Source: the human T2T-CHM13v2.0 reference genome, Homo sapiens. From it: a stretch of 64,000 nucleotides of DNA. Below the pieces are notes generated by a model, which was not told the DNA's origin, ran no database searches, and saw only the letters and a program-made list of their open reading frames with translations. Positions 1 through 58,190 of this stretch are shown piece after piece (position 1 is the first letter of the stretch; each line of letters begins with the position of its first letter). The stretch lies in assembly GCF_009914755.1 (NCBI RefSeq), contig NC_060931.1; one strand, written 5' to 3'. Made by a program: the position numbers and the translations under genes.

Positions 1-98
1 ATCAACTCGGTATTGACGGTTGCTGTTTATAGGCTGAAGGGAAGTGCTGCCTGCAGGTTTTAAAGTTTGCCTTTTCCAGTTTTCTTTAGAGCTGATAG

Positions 99-1716
<1,618 letters not shown>

Positions 1717-2625
1717 TAAAGAAACCTAAGCCGTAGGTTTGAAACCAAAGTTTGCAACCTTAACAGAAGCCCTCTACTTTTCCTGTTTTTGTGAGCTTGT
1801 AAGCTCTCTTGGCCACCAGCAAACACAAGATAAAAGGGAGAGACTTTGTCTGGGTGACAGGCATCCCTGGCCGCTGTCTCCTGAGGTGTGTGCTTCTCTA
1901 GTGTCGATGGCTCTCCACCCGTCCATCCTCCAGAAGCCATCTCGTAGGAGGACCAGCAGGGATCTTCCCACAGTCCCCTCTGTGCACACCTGTGCTGAGC
2001 CGGCCAGCCTGAGAACCCATGTCCAGGGCTTTCTGAGGCCCAGCTCCTATTCTCAGCATCCTGCACAAAGCTGGGTACCAGTTAGTCCGTTTCCTTCCAC
2101 CAGGCCAGGGACACACACTCGTGTGGAACACAACTCTCCCAAAGCCATGCCAGGCATGACACTCAGGGCAGGGCAGCCAGGGAGGCACAGATGCCAGCAG
2201 GAGCATCACGCCTGCAGACCGCACATCTATGCAGAATGTCAACTTCAGATTCTTTCCAGGTTTTTCTGATGCCATTGAAAACATGCTGGATCCGTTTTTC
2301 ACTTACTGTGTGGTTACTGATCAGATTATAAATGCAAAAAACATCTCCCTTGAGTCTCTCAGACAGGTGACCGAGGCAGCCTCCTCTTCACATGGGAAGG
2401 CTCTAATGTTACATTTCAGTTTTAATTAGCAGCGATGTAATGGAGACTGGGAATGGTGTTGTGAAAATGCTGAGTACTCTTTGGCGGTCAGTAGAGCTGG
2501 TCTCAGAACCATGCTTTTGCCTGCAGGTGTGCCGGCGAGCAGTGCAAGGGCTGGGGGCTCCCGCCTGCTGGCTGAGTCCTAGCTGTAGGGCTCATCGGTG
2601 GACCTTTGCCTTTCATTTAGGGTAG

Positions 2626-2983
<358 letters not shown>

Positions 2984-3843
2984 ATAACTGTTCTTTTTTA
3001 AAATTTAAAACATCGGCCATATCGCTTTACTCTTCAAAATAACCGCAGCTGACGCCTGAGTGCTTGTCACCTGTCAGGCATTGCCTGAGGTACACAGTTT
3101 CATTTAATCCTTTTTTGACTTCATTTTATTTTATCCTATAATTTAATATTTGGTTTCGTAAAGGACTAAGGATGAAATTTAAAATCTTCCATTTCCAAAT
3201 TTAAAATGATCCGTGTCGTGGTCTGTTAAGGGGGAAGGAGGAAGGAGGGAGTGAATGAGACTGCAGGGTGGGGAGGGGAGTTGGGGAGCTCTGGGAGCCT
3301 CTCACCTGGCAGCAGGCCTGTGGCCCATGTGGGAGAGCACAGAGCACCTGCCTTGGGGACGCTGGGGCACATTGTCACAGCCTCTGCTGCCGCTGCCTCG
3401 CAAGGTTCTGCTTGGCATGAGCCTGGGCTTCGGCGCTTGTCAGGGTGGGGTTATTTTCTAGGCTGAGAGATAATGGCCAGGACATTTCCCTAGATCCTGG
3501 ACAGGTGTCATTAGGCGGGGACTGCATCAGGGTGGGTAAGGAACCCTGTTTCCTCGTTTCAAAGTGTTAGGAAATAGAGAAAATGATAGATTCCGCATAT
3601 TTTGTACATAGATGCATTTTACTGGGGAACATAAACTTAAAATTCACGTGATTATGAAAGTGAAATCAGAATGATGAAGACAGATTAAGGGTCTGTAATC
3701 ACAGACTCCACATCCTCACTTCCCTCAGCACCTGCTGAACCTGGAGTGTGACCTCTTTTCCCTACCATCCCCATCTTCCTTGCTTTGCTTTTCTCTGGCC
3801 TGGCTGCCCTAATGGCCTTATTGCTAAATTAGCCCAACATCTG

Positions 3844-3965
3844 AGCAGGAGTGGATGTCCATAGAACTACTGAGTTAGCCCAGTGTCCCCCAGGGTGGGA
3901 GCGGGAGTGGGTGTCCATAGCACTGAGTTAGCCCAGTGTCCCCCAGGGTATAGCGGGAGTGGGCG
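3844..3965 (+). repeat. ~54-bp tandem duplication (~2.3 copies)
   Basis: ACTGAGTTAGCCCAGTGTCCCCCAGGGT occurs twice. Confidence 0.8.
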
Positions 3966-4300
3966 TTCGCTGAGCCCAGCTTTGGGTTGTTGCTCGGCAG
4001 TGCAGGCAGAGCCCATTGTTGCATTGCTGCTGGGCGGGGCTGGGTTCTGCAGAAGCTGCCAGAGCAGGCCTGCGCACCTCAGGAGCCCAGGCATGGTGTA
4101 TAGGTGGAGGGTAGCCTACATTGGATCCAGGCCAAGGCCCTGTCCTGTGCCGGGGTCCTCTGCGTGTGGGTTGAATCTAGATTTAGGTGTTGGTTAAAGT
4201 AGGTAGACAGGTGGGAGAGAGACAGTTAAACAGGTATTAACTATTACGTGGATTAAGTGATCACAGTTAGTTTTATTTGCAAAAGGCTGTTGAAGCGTAA

Positions 4301-4700
<400 letters not shown>

Positions 4701-5655
4701 GAAACATGTTTTAAAATGCAGGAGTTTCATCATGCTTGTCGATACTTGTAGGTGTAGTACAATTTTTATATGTAAACAATGGTCTTTATTTCTGTGATAC
4801 TTTATTTCAAAGAAGGTAGCATGAATTAAAGTACTTTTGGCTTGGTTTATGGAGCTCAGTTACTTGTACAAAAGTGTCTTTTGTCCAGGAGGTTCTTTTA
4901 GTTATATCTCCCTCAGATATTTCAGCAGCCGACTGTGATTCACATTGCTGCTACGAGGACTTTTTGAAAGTCAGGGTGTGTGCATGTGAGTATTTTTAGC
5001 CAGAGGAAAGTATGAGTCATTCCAAATAAATCTAGATGACAACCTGAGAAACAATATACTCAACACTTTCTAACCTAAAAAATATCCTGTTTTTTGGTGA
5101 GGAAAAAAGTGTAAATAGTGCCTTAAGCTTTTTTGTTATTCACCCTGCAGTTTCTTTTCTGATTCTGAGATGCTTGTGAGAGCTTCAGCCATCTAGGAAC
5201 GCATACGCTGCTGCTTGACCATGCTGTAGCAGGTAGTTCTATTTTAGTTAGTAAAATAAAAACTGATTTCAGAAGACCGAGAACATTTTGACACAGTGAG
5301 GATTTAAAAACACATCTTGAAGAGAGCTCTGAGTTTCTCTCCGTGTTTCTTGGAAGGTGCCCCTGGTTTCACGAGTCAGCCACTTTAGGGTTCCCCTGGT
5401 CTTTTTCTCAGGATATATTAGGGGACTAGATTATGATAGAAGTGTTCCTGGGCTTGTAACTATGGAAACACTTGTCTCGTCTGTTTAGAAAACACTGCTG
5501 CTGGCCGTGTTTCCTGTGAGTTTTGAGGGTGACCTGAGTTGAGTTGCGTGTAGGCAGCTCAGGTTGACTGAGACAGGAATGCGCTCGATTTCCCGCCCGT
5601 TAAAACACTCTGCATTTCTTTCCCGCCCTCTGCAGTATGGTTTGAAGTGGTGAAC

Positions 5656-46450
<40,795 letters not shown>

Positions 46451-46562
46451 AGACACTACTCATTATTTTTGTACATTTTTGTATATACTGGGACAGCGTG
46501 AAACACTGGAATCCTTCATGGACGAGGGCATATACAATGATGGGACAGTGCCACACTCCTTC

Positions 46563-46568
46563 AATAAA
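46563..46568 (+). terminator. Candidate proximal SUN1 poly(A) signal AATAAA
   Basis: Canonical hexamer 112 nt after the stop codon, TGTA elements upstream. Confidence 0.45.
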
Positions 46569-47994
46569 CGTGGCTGCTGGCCAGAGGACGTGAGCGTGTG
46601 ACGGGCGCCTTGGCGCCACCTGTTGGGTGCTCACTGCCTCTGCAGGTGCAGAGGGGTCAGCAGCAGGAGAAGCGTGTTGAACACGTGGCTCTCAGACACT
46701 CCTTGTTTTTAACGGGAAGCTCTTTGCATTTGCATTTCCTCAACAAAGGAGCAAAGCAGAGGAAGCTGAGAGTCTGGCGTGTTCTTGACGCTTTGGTCTT
46801 CAGCCTTGCACTGGCTCTTCTAAAGGACTTTTGGAGGGCAGATAATTTCATCTGTTAAATCCAACACACATTTCTTTCAGGGAAAAACAATGTCACCAAA
46901 TTTTCAGAGTTCTAAACTCCTTTCCTTCAAGCCGGAATTTTCCTTTTTTCAGCACCAGTAGGTACTAAGTCTCCAGATGGGGAAATAACTAAAATGTGTT
47001 TTTCTGCTTTGTTCGCTCTTACTTCTGAGGAAGGTTTCCAGTCAGGACTCGCTGTACCAATATCCATGGAGGAATATGGGAGCGTTTCGCTCTCCTTGTA
47101 GGCTGAAGTCAGTCTGACTTGAAGGGGCCTGGTTTGGATCTAAGCAAACACCCAGATGGGGTTCTCTGGTCTCAGCAAGGCTTTTCCTGTTGGGAGTCAC
47201 AGTAAACAGAAACCCAAAAATCTCATCTTGGGTGTTTTCAGGGCTTGTTTTGAGTTTTGCTGAATAGGGAGCGCAAGACGCCCTGAGCCTCCCTCTCACT
47301 GGTGGTGATAAGAGGAGCCGTCTGGTGTGTCAGGGTCACGAACCCGTTACATTTCAGGACGATCCTTTTTCCTTCAGCAGCATTTCTTACTGGCTGTGGC
47401 TGGAATCTGCCTTTTATCACAGCTGTCACCATTCTCACGTGATTCTTGTGAGACTCTTTTTGGTTATAATTACTATTTAATATTTAGACTATTTTACTGA
47501 GCAGACTTTATAAATGAGATATCTACAAGGCACTTAAAGTGTTACAGATGTTTTACCTTAAGAATTATTTAAGTTGTGTTGGGTTAAGACAGTTTTCAGT
47601 GTACCGTAAATGTTGTGTTTTCAGAAAAAGACAAAACGATGGTGCTGACTGGTTTTCTGTATATTGCACAACAGTCCTCAAATACACTGATGTATGAAAC
47701 TATTCATACATCAAGCAGCATTTTTTTCACTCTCCTTAGAATTGGAACTATGCAGTTAAGGCAGATAAAATGTACAGATGTTTCATATATTACAGGTTAC
47801 ATATATAAATCAAAATTTCCTATATAAAACTGATTTGGGATTTGGGGTGGAAATATTTTGAATATTAATTTATTTTTAAAGATGCAAGATAGGACTTTGT
47901 GCAATGTATTTTTGTAAATGCTTTTCAAAATATCTGTCTTTGGTAGTGCTTCTGCTGCTGCCACCAAATTGATAAGATGCTATTAAGAGGTTTA

Positions 47995-48000
47995 AATAAA
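47995..48000 (+). terminator. Distal SUN1 poly(A) signal AATAAA
   Basis: Canonical hexamer at the end of the AU-rich UTR, with T/GT-rich sequence downstream (~48040-48066). Confidence 0.75.
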
Positions 48001-48862
48001 GAGTTTTAATTTTTAAAAGGGCATGGGATATAAACAGTCTATTTCTTTTCTCAGTTTGTCTGTTTCTGCCCCTGGGATGTGGGAGGGACTGGGTTTGCTG
48101 GTTCTTGTTGGCAAGCTCTGTAGCACAGCCTTTGAATGGTAACCTGTCCTCCAAGGCCTTGAGGCCTCAAGTGTGCCAGGCACCTCTTTCTGTAGGGCAC
48201 CATTTCCACTTGGAAAACGGACTGAATTACAAGTTGCTTGATGGGCAGAACATTAGGAAAACTGATGCCTTTCCTCAGGACACAGTTTTCATCGCTGCTT
48301 CTGTAGCTGAAGGCAGGTGCTGGCACCAGGTCACAGACGATAGCACACACACCACACTATTTTGCACCTGGCTTTTCCCCAGTTACCAAGTGTGTCCCGT
48401 AAGAACCTTTTTTTTTTTAACAGCTGTTTTTGTCCATTGTATGCACGGCTGGATCATGTTGATTCAAGCAGGGCCCAGCTTAAAGGCCTTTGTTTCTTCT
48501 TTTTTATTATAAACAATGCTAACCTGTGAGAGTGGGCTGACCCTGTAAATCCAACGGAGGAGTCTTCGGACCGAACCGCGAACCGCCTTCAAACCCCAAT
48601 TCTTACAGCCAAGCCGTTCCCAACCCTGCACGGCTAGGGCTGGGCCTCAGGCCCCGTTTCTAACTCTGACTGGGGTTTGGACCCCGTTTCCGCAGCCTGA
48701 CAGGGCTGGAAGCTCTAGGCCGACCCAGTTCCCCCTTCCAGCAGGACCCGATCCTGGAGGAGTGAGCCGTCCACCCAGGCACAGCCGCAGGTCCCCAGCC
48801 ACGGCCAGGGAAGGACCGCAGGTGGCCTTTCAAAGAGGAGGAACGCCCCTCAGCGATCCTAA

Positions 48863-49166
<304 letters not shown>

Positions 49167-49370
49167 TATAAAAGTATTTTTAATTTATAAGCATTTTACA
49201 CATTGAACTGTATAGCTCAATGGCTGCTGTTACACCGCGCGCGTGGGGAGGGTCCCACCCCGGGACGCTTCCTGCTCGGGGTCAGCCGCCGCCGCAGCCT
49301 GTTTACGCGCAGCGCCCCGCCAGGCAGTTTCGTGCCACCCGCCATTGTGGCGCGAGCCAGTCCCGGCCCC

Positions 49371-49620
49371 GGGTCACGTGCCGCTCCCGGGCCCGCCCTG
49401 GGCCACGTGTTGCCTGCGGACCCGCCTCTGGGCCACGTGTTGCCTGCGGACCCGCCTCTGGGTCACGTGTTGCCTGCGGACCCGCCTCTGGGTCACGTGT
49501 TGCCTGCGGGCCCGCCCCTGGGTCACGTGTTGCCTGCGGACTCGCCCCTGGGTCACGTGTTGCCTGCGGACCCGCCCCTGGGTCACGTGTTGCCTGCGGA
49601 CCCGCCCCAGGTCACGTGCA
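49371..49620 (+). repeat. 30-bp promoter tandem repeat (GGGTCACGTGTTGCCTGCGGACCCGCC[C/T]CT), about 8.3 units, 9 CACGTG
   Basis: CACGTG at 49375, 49404, 49434, 49464, 49494, 49524, 49554, 49584, 49613. Confidence 0.95.
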
Positions 49621-49764
49621 GCCAGCCGGCGCGCCCGCCCCCGACTGCGCGCGACTCCTCGCGGGCCACCGTAGAAGGGCGTCGGGCGGCCGTCGGGACG
49701 GAAGCCGGGAGGCGCTGCCGACCGCGCCTGCGACAGCGTCAGCCCTGCGCGGAGCGCCGGCCCG

Positions 49765-49919
49765 ATGGCGGCGGCGGCGGCGATGGCCGAGCAGGAGAGC
49801 GCCCGGAACGGCGGCCGCAACCGCGGCGGCGTCCAGCGTGTGGAGGGCAAGCTGCGCGCCAGCGTCGAGAAGGGCGACTACTACGAGGCGCACCAGATGT
49901 ACCGGACCCTGTTCTTCAG
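49765..49919 (+). CDS. GET4: GET4 (TRC35/C7orf20; BAG6 complex, tail-anchored protein targeting) coding exon 1, [17 protein letters not shown]...[14 protein letters not shown]
   Basis: Conserved Get4 motif [12 protein letters not shown]; CAG|gtaccc donor; 155 nt. Confidence 0.96.
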
Positions 49920-50109
49920 GTACCCGCGCCCGGCCCTCGCCGCAGCCCAGCGCCCGCCCCCGCCGCCTCCCATTGGCCGCGCCGCCTCGCCCCGCGCCCC
50001 CATTGGGCCGCGCCGGTGCCCGTCGCGGGGGCGAGCTGGACCCAGGGGCCGCGGGTCGCCCGGCGGAGGGTCTGGGCCGCGTCTCCGGGGTCTGGCCCTG
50101 TGTGGCCCG

Positions 50110-51100
50110 GCGCCCCCGTTCCCTCGGCCTCTGACTCCCGCCTCGGCTTCCTTCCCCTCCCCTGCGTTCCTCCTCGGCCTTCCCCTACTCCCAGCCTCCA
50201 CCTGTTCCCTCCTCCGTCCCCACACGCCCCTCGGCCTTCCTCTGTCTCCTCGGCCGCCTCCCGCCTCGTCCTTCGGTCTCTGTCTCTCTCCGGCCGCCTC
50301 CCCCGCCCCACCTTGGTCTCGCTCTCTCTCTCTCTCTCTGGCCTTCTCCTTCTTCCTTTGCGTCTCTCTCCCCGGCCTCTCCCGGCCCCTCGTCTCTCTG
50401 TCCTCGGCCTCTCCTTGCCCCCCGCCTCGCTCTCCCTGGCCTCCCCCTGCCCCTCGTCTCTCTCTCGCCGTCCTCCCCCTGCCCCTCGTCTCTTTCTTCC
50501 AGCCTCCCCCTGCTCCCTCCGTCTCTCTCTCCCCGGCCTCCCCCTGCCCTCACTCCCGTCTCTCTACCCTGCCTCCCTCTGCCCCCCGCCTCTCTCCCTG
50601 TCCTCCCTCTGCCCACCCCCCGTCTCTCTCTCTTCCTGCTGCCCCCAACCCCGGCTCTCTCCCCAGCCTACCACTGTCCTCGTCCCTTTCGGCTTCCCTC
50701 TCCTAGCCTCCACCTCCCCTGGACCTCCCCCACCTCTCCCGTAGTCTCCCCAACTCCGCTTCCTTCCGCCGGGCCTTCACCTGCTCCCCACCCCATATCT
50801 CCCTGTCCCAGATCTCCCTGCCCGGCCTCCCCCTCCCTGTTCTCCGGCTCCACCGCCCCTCCCCCACCTCCCTCCACCTCTCCCTTGGCCCCCACCTGTT
50901 CCCCTCCCCGTGGCCTTCCCAGATCTTCACCTTCCCCCCCGGCCCCCCGCCTTTCTCTCTCAGGCCTCCCTGCCCGGCCTCCCCCTCCCCTTCCTCTGTC
51001 TCCACCCCTCCGGGCCTGCCCCTTGCCTCCCCTACCTTCCCCCCTGGCCTCCACCTGTTCCGCATTCCCCCACCTCCCTGCCTCCCTCCTCCTGGCCTTC
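50110..51100 (+). repeat. About 1 kb C/T-rich low-complexity (polypyrimidine) tract in GET4 intron 1
   Basis: Almost purine-free + strand with (CT)n and C runs. Confidence 0.9.
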
Positions 51101-51691
51101 AGGTTCTCCAGCCGGGCCCTACACCGGGCTCCGTAGGAAGTCGCTGGCGTTCCTCTCACCGAGGGTCCAGGCTGAGGGTGAAACCGCTTCTCTGTTGACG
51201 CCGCCCGGCCTGCCGAACCGAGTCAGCCGCCTCTGGACCTAGGCTCGGTGACACCTGCACGGCCGGTGTAGCCTGGAGGGCGAGCGCGAGCAGAGCTGGC
51301 TATGCTGGGTTAACTGCACGCCCCTCGGGACTGTGACCGCTTGGAAGTTCCAGGCTGCTGCGTGGCTTGGTTGATTGTCTTCAGGACTGCTCTGTTCCAG
51401 TATTTTTGCTGTCATACAGTTACTGCAGAATGTTCAGTTGTTCTGTGTGTGGCATTCTGTAAATTATGCATATCAGATTATCTCTTATGGTTCAGGTCAG
51501 GGAACAGTCTGGCCAGTCACTAGGAATTGGGTCTGTTTTAAAGATCATTTCAGAGGATTTAGTATTTTCCATGGGGTACCTTCTAAACTGCCACAGGGCC
51601 GTGAATGTTTTGATATTGTATTTAAGGGCAGTTGGTCTGGCCTTTATACAGTTTGGGCCTGGTTTTCAGGGGTTTTTTCCTTTTAATAAAC

Positions 51692-54307
<2,616 letters not shown>

Positions 54308-54779
54308 TAAATATATGTAATTGCACATTTACATTTAAATATTTATGTAAAATGTATAATTTGGTGAGGTCTGACATGAATGAACTATGACCAGTCAAGA
54401 CACAGAAGATACCACGGCACTGTGGGGCTCTGCAACCAGGCCTCCTCGCCCCCACTCCCACCCCACCCCACCCCATCCCCGGCACCCGTGCATCTGCGGG
54501 CTGCACTTAGGTGAGGTGGTGTTTCCTGGAGTTTTACGTATGTGGAATCACAGTGCGCACTTTCTGTCTAACCGCTTGAATTCATTCACCACGGAGGCTG
54601 GGAGACTCCTCCTGGAGCGTCCGCAGTTCCTTTTATCGCTGAGTGGTTTTCCCTGTGTGTCTCCAGCACAATTGTTTATCCCTTCAGCTGTCGGGTAAAT
54701 TTACCAAAAGATACTGTTTGTTGACTTATTTTTAAATATTCTTATGTTTATTTTAGCCTCGGGCAGGTGTGCAGGCTTT

Positions 54780-55425
54780 GTTGATTTATTTTTAAATATG
54801 CTAATGTTTATTTTAGCCTCAGGTCTGTGTGCAGGCTTGGTATATAGGTAAACTAGTGACTAGGGTTTGTCCTACAGATCATTTCAGCACCGGGTACCAA
54901 GCATGGGTACCTGACAGTTTTGTTAAAATGGTTTTCTGAGCCTCTCCCTCTTCCCTCAGGCCGGCCCCAGTGTGTGTTGTTGGCCCCTTTCTGTCCCTGT
55001 GTTCTCATCATTCAGCTTCCACTTGTAAGTGGGGAAGTGTAGTGCCCGGGATTCTGTCCCCGCATTAGTTTGCGAAGGATAATGGCCTCCAGCTCCATCC
55101 AAGTTCCTGCAAAGGGCATGATCTCGTTCCTTTTTATGGCTGCATAGTATTCCGCGGTGTATATGGACCACATCCTCTTTATCCGTCTGCCGCTGACAGG
55201 CCCCAGCTTGATTCCATGTCGGTGCTGTTGTGAGTGGTGCTGCAGTGGGCATTTGAGTGCGTGTGTCTTCATGGTAGAACCATTTAGAGTCCTCTGGACA
55301 TAACCCAGTAGTGGGGTTGCTGGGTCGAACGGTAGTTCTGTTTTTAGTTCTTTTAAGAATTGCCAGACTGCTTTCCAGGATGGTTCAACTAATTTACACT
55401 CCCACCAGCAGGTACAAGCGTTCCC
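54780..55425 (-). mobile_element. L1 3' fragment (older L1PA/L1PB-like)
   Basis: Minus ORF 55012..55437 reads as L1 ORF2 C-terminus (WECKLV..WKAVWQFLKELKTELPFDPA; EYYAAIKRNEIMPFAGTWMELEAIIL). Confidence 0.88.
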
Positions 55426-55609
55426 AAGAGATGCCATTTTAACTCACAGCCACAGCAGTTGAAGGTGAAGGAGAGGGAAGGAATTGGGAACCCAGCAGGT
55501 TGGTGTCCTTGGATATGTGCCCCGCAGAAGTCGGGCAGCAGTTCCTGGTTCGTGTGGTTACGCTAGAGAGAAACTGACCTGGTTCATCTGGTTACGCTAG
55601 AGAGCAGCT

Positions 55610-55825
55610 GACCTTGCCCCATGGATGGCGCGAGTTATGGGCGGCCGACCTTGCCCCGGGGATGGCGCGGGTTGTGGGCGGCCGACCTTGCTCCAGGGAT
55701 GGCGCGGGTTGTGGGCGGCCGACCTTGCCCCGGGGATGGCGCGGGTTGTGGGCGGCCGACCTTGCCCCGGGGATGGCGCGGGTTGTGGGCGGCCGACCTT
55801 GCCCCGGGGATGGCGCGGGTTGTGG
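55610..55825 (+). repeat. 37-bp CpG-rich minisatellite, about 6 copies
   Basis: ACCTTGCCCCGGGGATGGCGCGGGTTGTGGGCGGCCG units. Confidence 0.9.
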
Positions 55826-57896
55826 TCATCACCTGCTTTCTCCAGACTTCTCCCTGCTGGGACGGGGAGTCATCTCCCAGGCCAACTGGATTATTGGGGC
55901 ACTTCGGAGCCACCATCCAGGTCTTGAGGAGCCTCAGCCTTGGCTGTAGTATTTGTACATTGGCATTTAGAAACTTGGTGTGGCTGAGACCACAGCCCAG
56001 GAGGCTGTGACCTGCAGCAGCTGTCCCCGTCTGCCCGCACGGTCGTGGGTCTGGCTCTTCCTGCCACTTGGCTCCTCCTGCAGTGTGTTTGCGTGATTTT
56101 TTTTATTGCGGCCTCTGACCTTCTTTTGTCTCTTCAGTCATCTAAAGAGATTTTTAAAAGGAAAACGGTCTAGTGTGTGCGGTGCACCCCTAGCCCAGGG
56201 CCTAAGAGGAGCGTCTTGTGAAGGAGCTGTACCTGCCGGCTCAGGTCCCTTCTCGGAGTGACTCCTGGCAGAGCAGAGCAGGCCTCAGCCCTCCTTACAG
56301 GCGCGTCCAGCCAGCCCTGCGTCCGGGCGTGAGTGCGCTTTAGCTCGCGGCAGTCGGCGGAGGGGTCCTTGTGAAATCTCCTCTGGCCCCCTGTCCCGAG
56401 GCACCTGTGTGTGTCTTGAGTATTTCCTCTTCATCCTTCACGTGTCCCTGACAGCTGAACGCGCAAGCCAGCTTCCGTCTGCCAAGAGAGAAGGGCGGGA
56501 TTCGCCCCATGAGCTCGGTCTTTCTTCATTTGACACCGACAGTCTCGGCCACTAGTTCTAATGCTTGCGTTTCTGTGTTCTGCTTTTTAATGTTTTTGTA
56601 AGAGAAGAGCAAAATCAGCTAGATTGTTTGCCCAGACACTTTGCTCTGTGGATACAGATGTTTTGGCCGGCAGAGAGCACCAGCGCTCACTGGCTCTCAG
56701 CGCCTGTCAGCAGGCAGAAGCCATTTCCCTATCTGGAAGGCACGTCTGGGTGTCCACATGGCACGGCCAATAGTGCGCAGCATGCAGAGCCGGGCCGGGA
56801 GAAGGCCCGGCCATGCCCAGCTGCCCCCCACTCTCCCCGGCCTCGGGCTTGAGAGGGTACCTGTCCTGGCTTAGTCACCTGGAAACCAAAATCCTTCGCA
56901 GCTTCCAGAATTCTCCAGTACAGGAGGAGAAGCCGTCCACGTTCAGAGCCGCCTTAGACGGTTTGCCTGTCACCGGCATTCCTGGACCTGGAAACGGGTG
57001 CCCCCAGCCAGGCCGGGGACCACTGTGTGCCCAGAATTCTCCTCCCGTCCTTTTTCCCCTTGCCCGGCTCCCAGCTGCCCAGGGAAGAAGGGAGCCGGCT
57101 GCAAGGCGCAGTCCAAACCAGGCCGGGGGCCGTGACCATCGGCAGTGCCCCCCAGAGCAGGCTCCTCGTGCAGGAATATGGGTCACTGCCTTCCAGGGAG
57201 TCCTTTTTTTCTTCTGGTTTCTAAGTCGCCACCTCTTGCTTTACCTCAGATAGAAGCATCCAGAACGCTGTAGTATCGGCAAAGCAGAAGCTGGTGTGGT
57301 GCTTGCTCAGGGTCGGTGCATGCGGTTCTGCCCGTGGCCCCACTGGCGGCATCGTGAGGCCAGGCGTGTCTGGGAGCTTGTTTTTCCAGAGTGCCCTGTG
57401 CCAGACGGCTCCCGGCCTCCTCTGAGTCAGTCATGTCCCTGCAGGACTGGAACTAGGACGGCCGGTCACAGAGTCAGTGGTCCTGTCGAGGCTCCTGCTG
57501 TGGTGTTGGGGTGGGTCTCCCTCCAGAACCTTCACTGTGCGGGGAGCACAGCAAAACCGGAGGCCTGCCAACGGCCTGCAGGCTGACGGGGGTGCGGGGG
57601 CACTTTCTCTCTTGGGTGCGGGCTTTTCCCTCCTGGTGCCCTGCCTCTGTGCAGCACGAAGCGGTCTCCTGTGGGGGGAGGGCCTGTGTGCCAGGCTAAT
57701 GAGATGCCCGGATGTGGCGGGGCTGTCTGTGTTTGGGGTCCCTGGCTGTGGTGCCTTCTGAAGAGGAGCCCTTTTCTGTGGTTAACTGAGCATCCAACCC
57801 TTTGCGTTCTCGGCTGGCCTTCCCGTCCTGGCAACACCAAGGTCATTCTGGTCCTCAGTGGCGTTGCTGTGGCTCTTTATCACCTCCACTGCAATT

Positions 57897-58190
57897 GGTT
57901 TTTGTTTGTTTGTTTTGGGGGGATGGCGCCTCGCTCTGTCATCCGTCTAGGCAGTGGTGCAATCATGGCTTACTGCGGCCTTGACTACCCGGACTCAAGC
58001 AGTCCTCCCACCTCAGCCTCCCGAGTAGCTGGGACCACAGGTGCACACCACCATGCCCAGCTAATTTCTGTGTTTTTTGTAGAGACAGGGTCTCACTATG
58101 TTGCTCAGGCCAGTCTCAAACTCATGAGCTCAAGCGATCCTCCCACCTCAGCCTCCCAAAGGGCTGAGATTACAGGTGTGAGCCCCCGAA
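57897..58190 (-). mobile_element. Alu (AluJ-like)
   Basis: Diverged consensus, GAGACAGGGTCTCACTATGTTGC. Confidence 0.85.

Larger units (their letters stand above)
46451..48020 (+). other. SUN1: SUN1 3'UTR (end approximate)
   Basis: Repeat-free, increasingly AU-rich stretch from the stop codon to AATAAA 47995-48000. Confidence 0.75.

Noticed and set aside
5151-5232. Possible extra SUN1 5'UTR exon (ctgcag| ... CAG|gtagtt)
   Set aside because: Splice-like motifs alone are insufficient for a non-coding exon without transcript data.
49203-50744. 513-aa and 304-aa ORFs, and the Pro-rich tail of the 313-aa ORF
   Set aside because: Products of the CpG island, the 30-bp repeat and the polypyrimidine tract. 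Only 49765-49919 is real GET4 coding sequence, ending at a GT donor.
55012-55437. ORF resembling L1 ORF2 C-terminus
   Set aside because: Short degenerate 3' L1 fragment without reverse transcriptase or endonuclease; not an active element or a gene.
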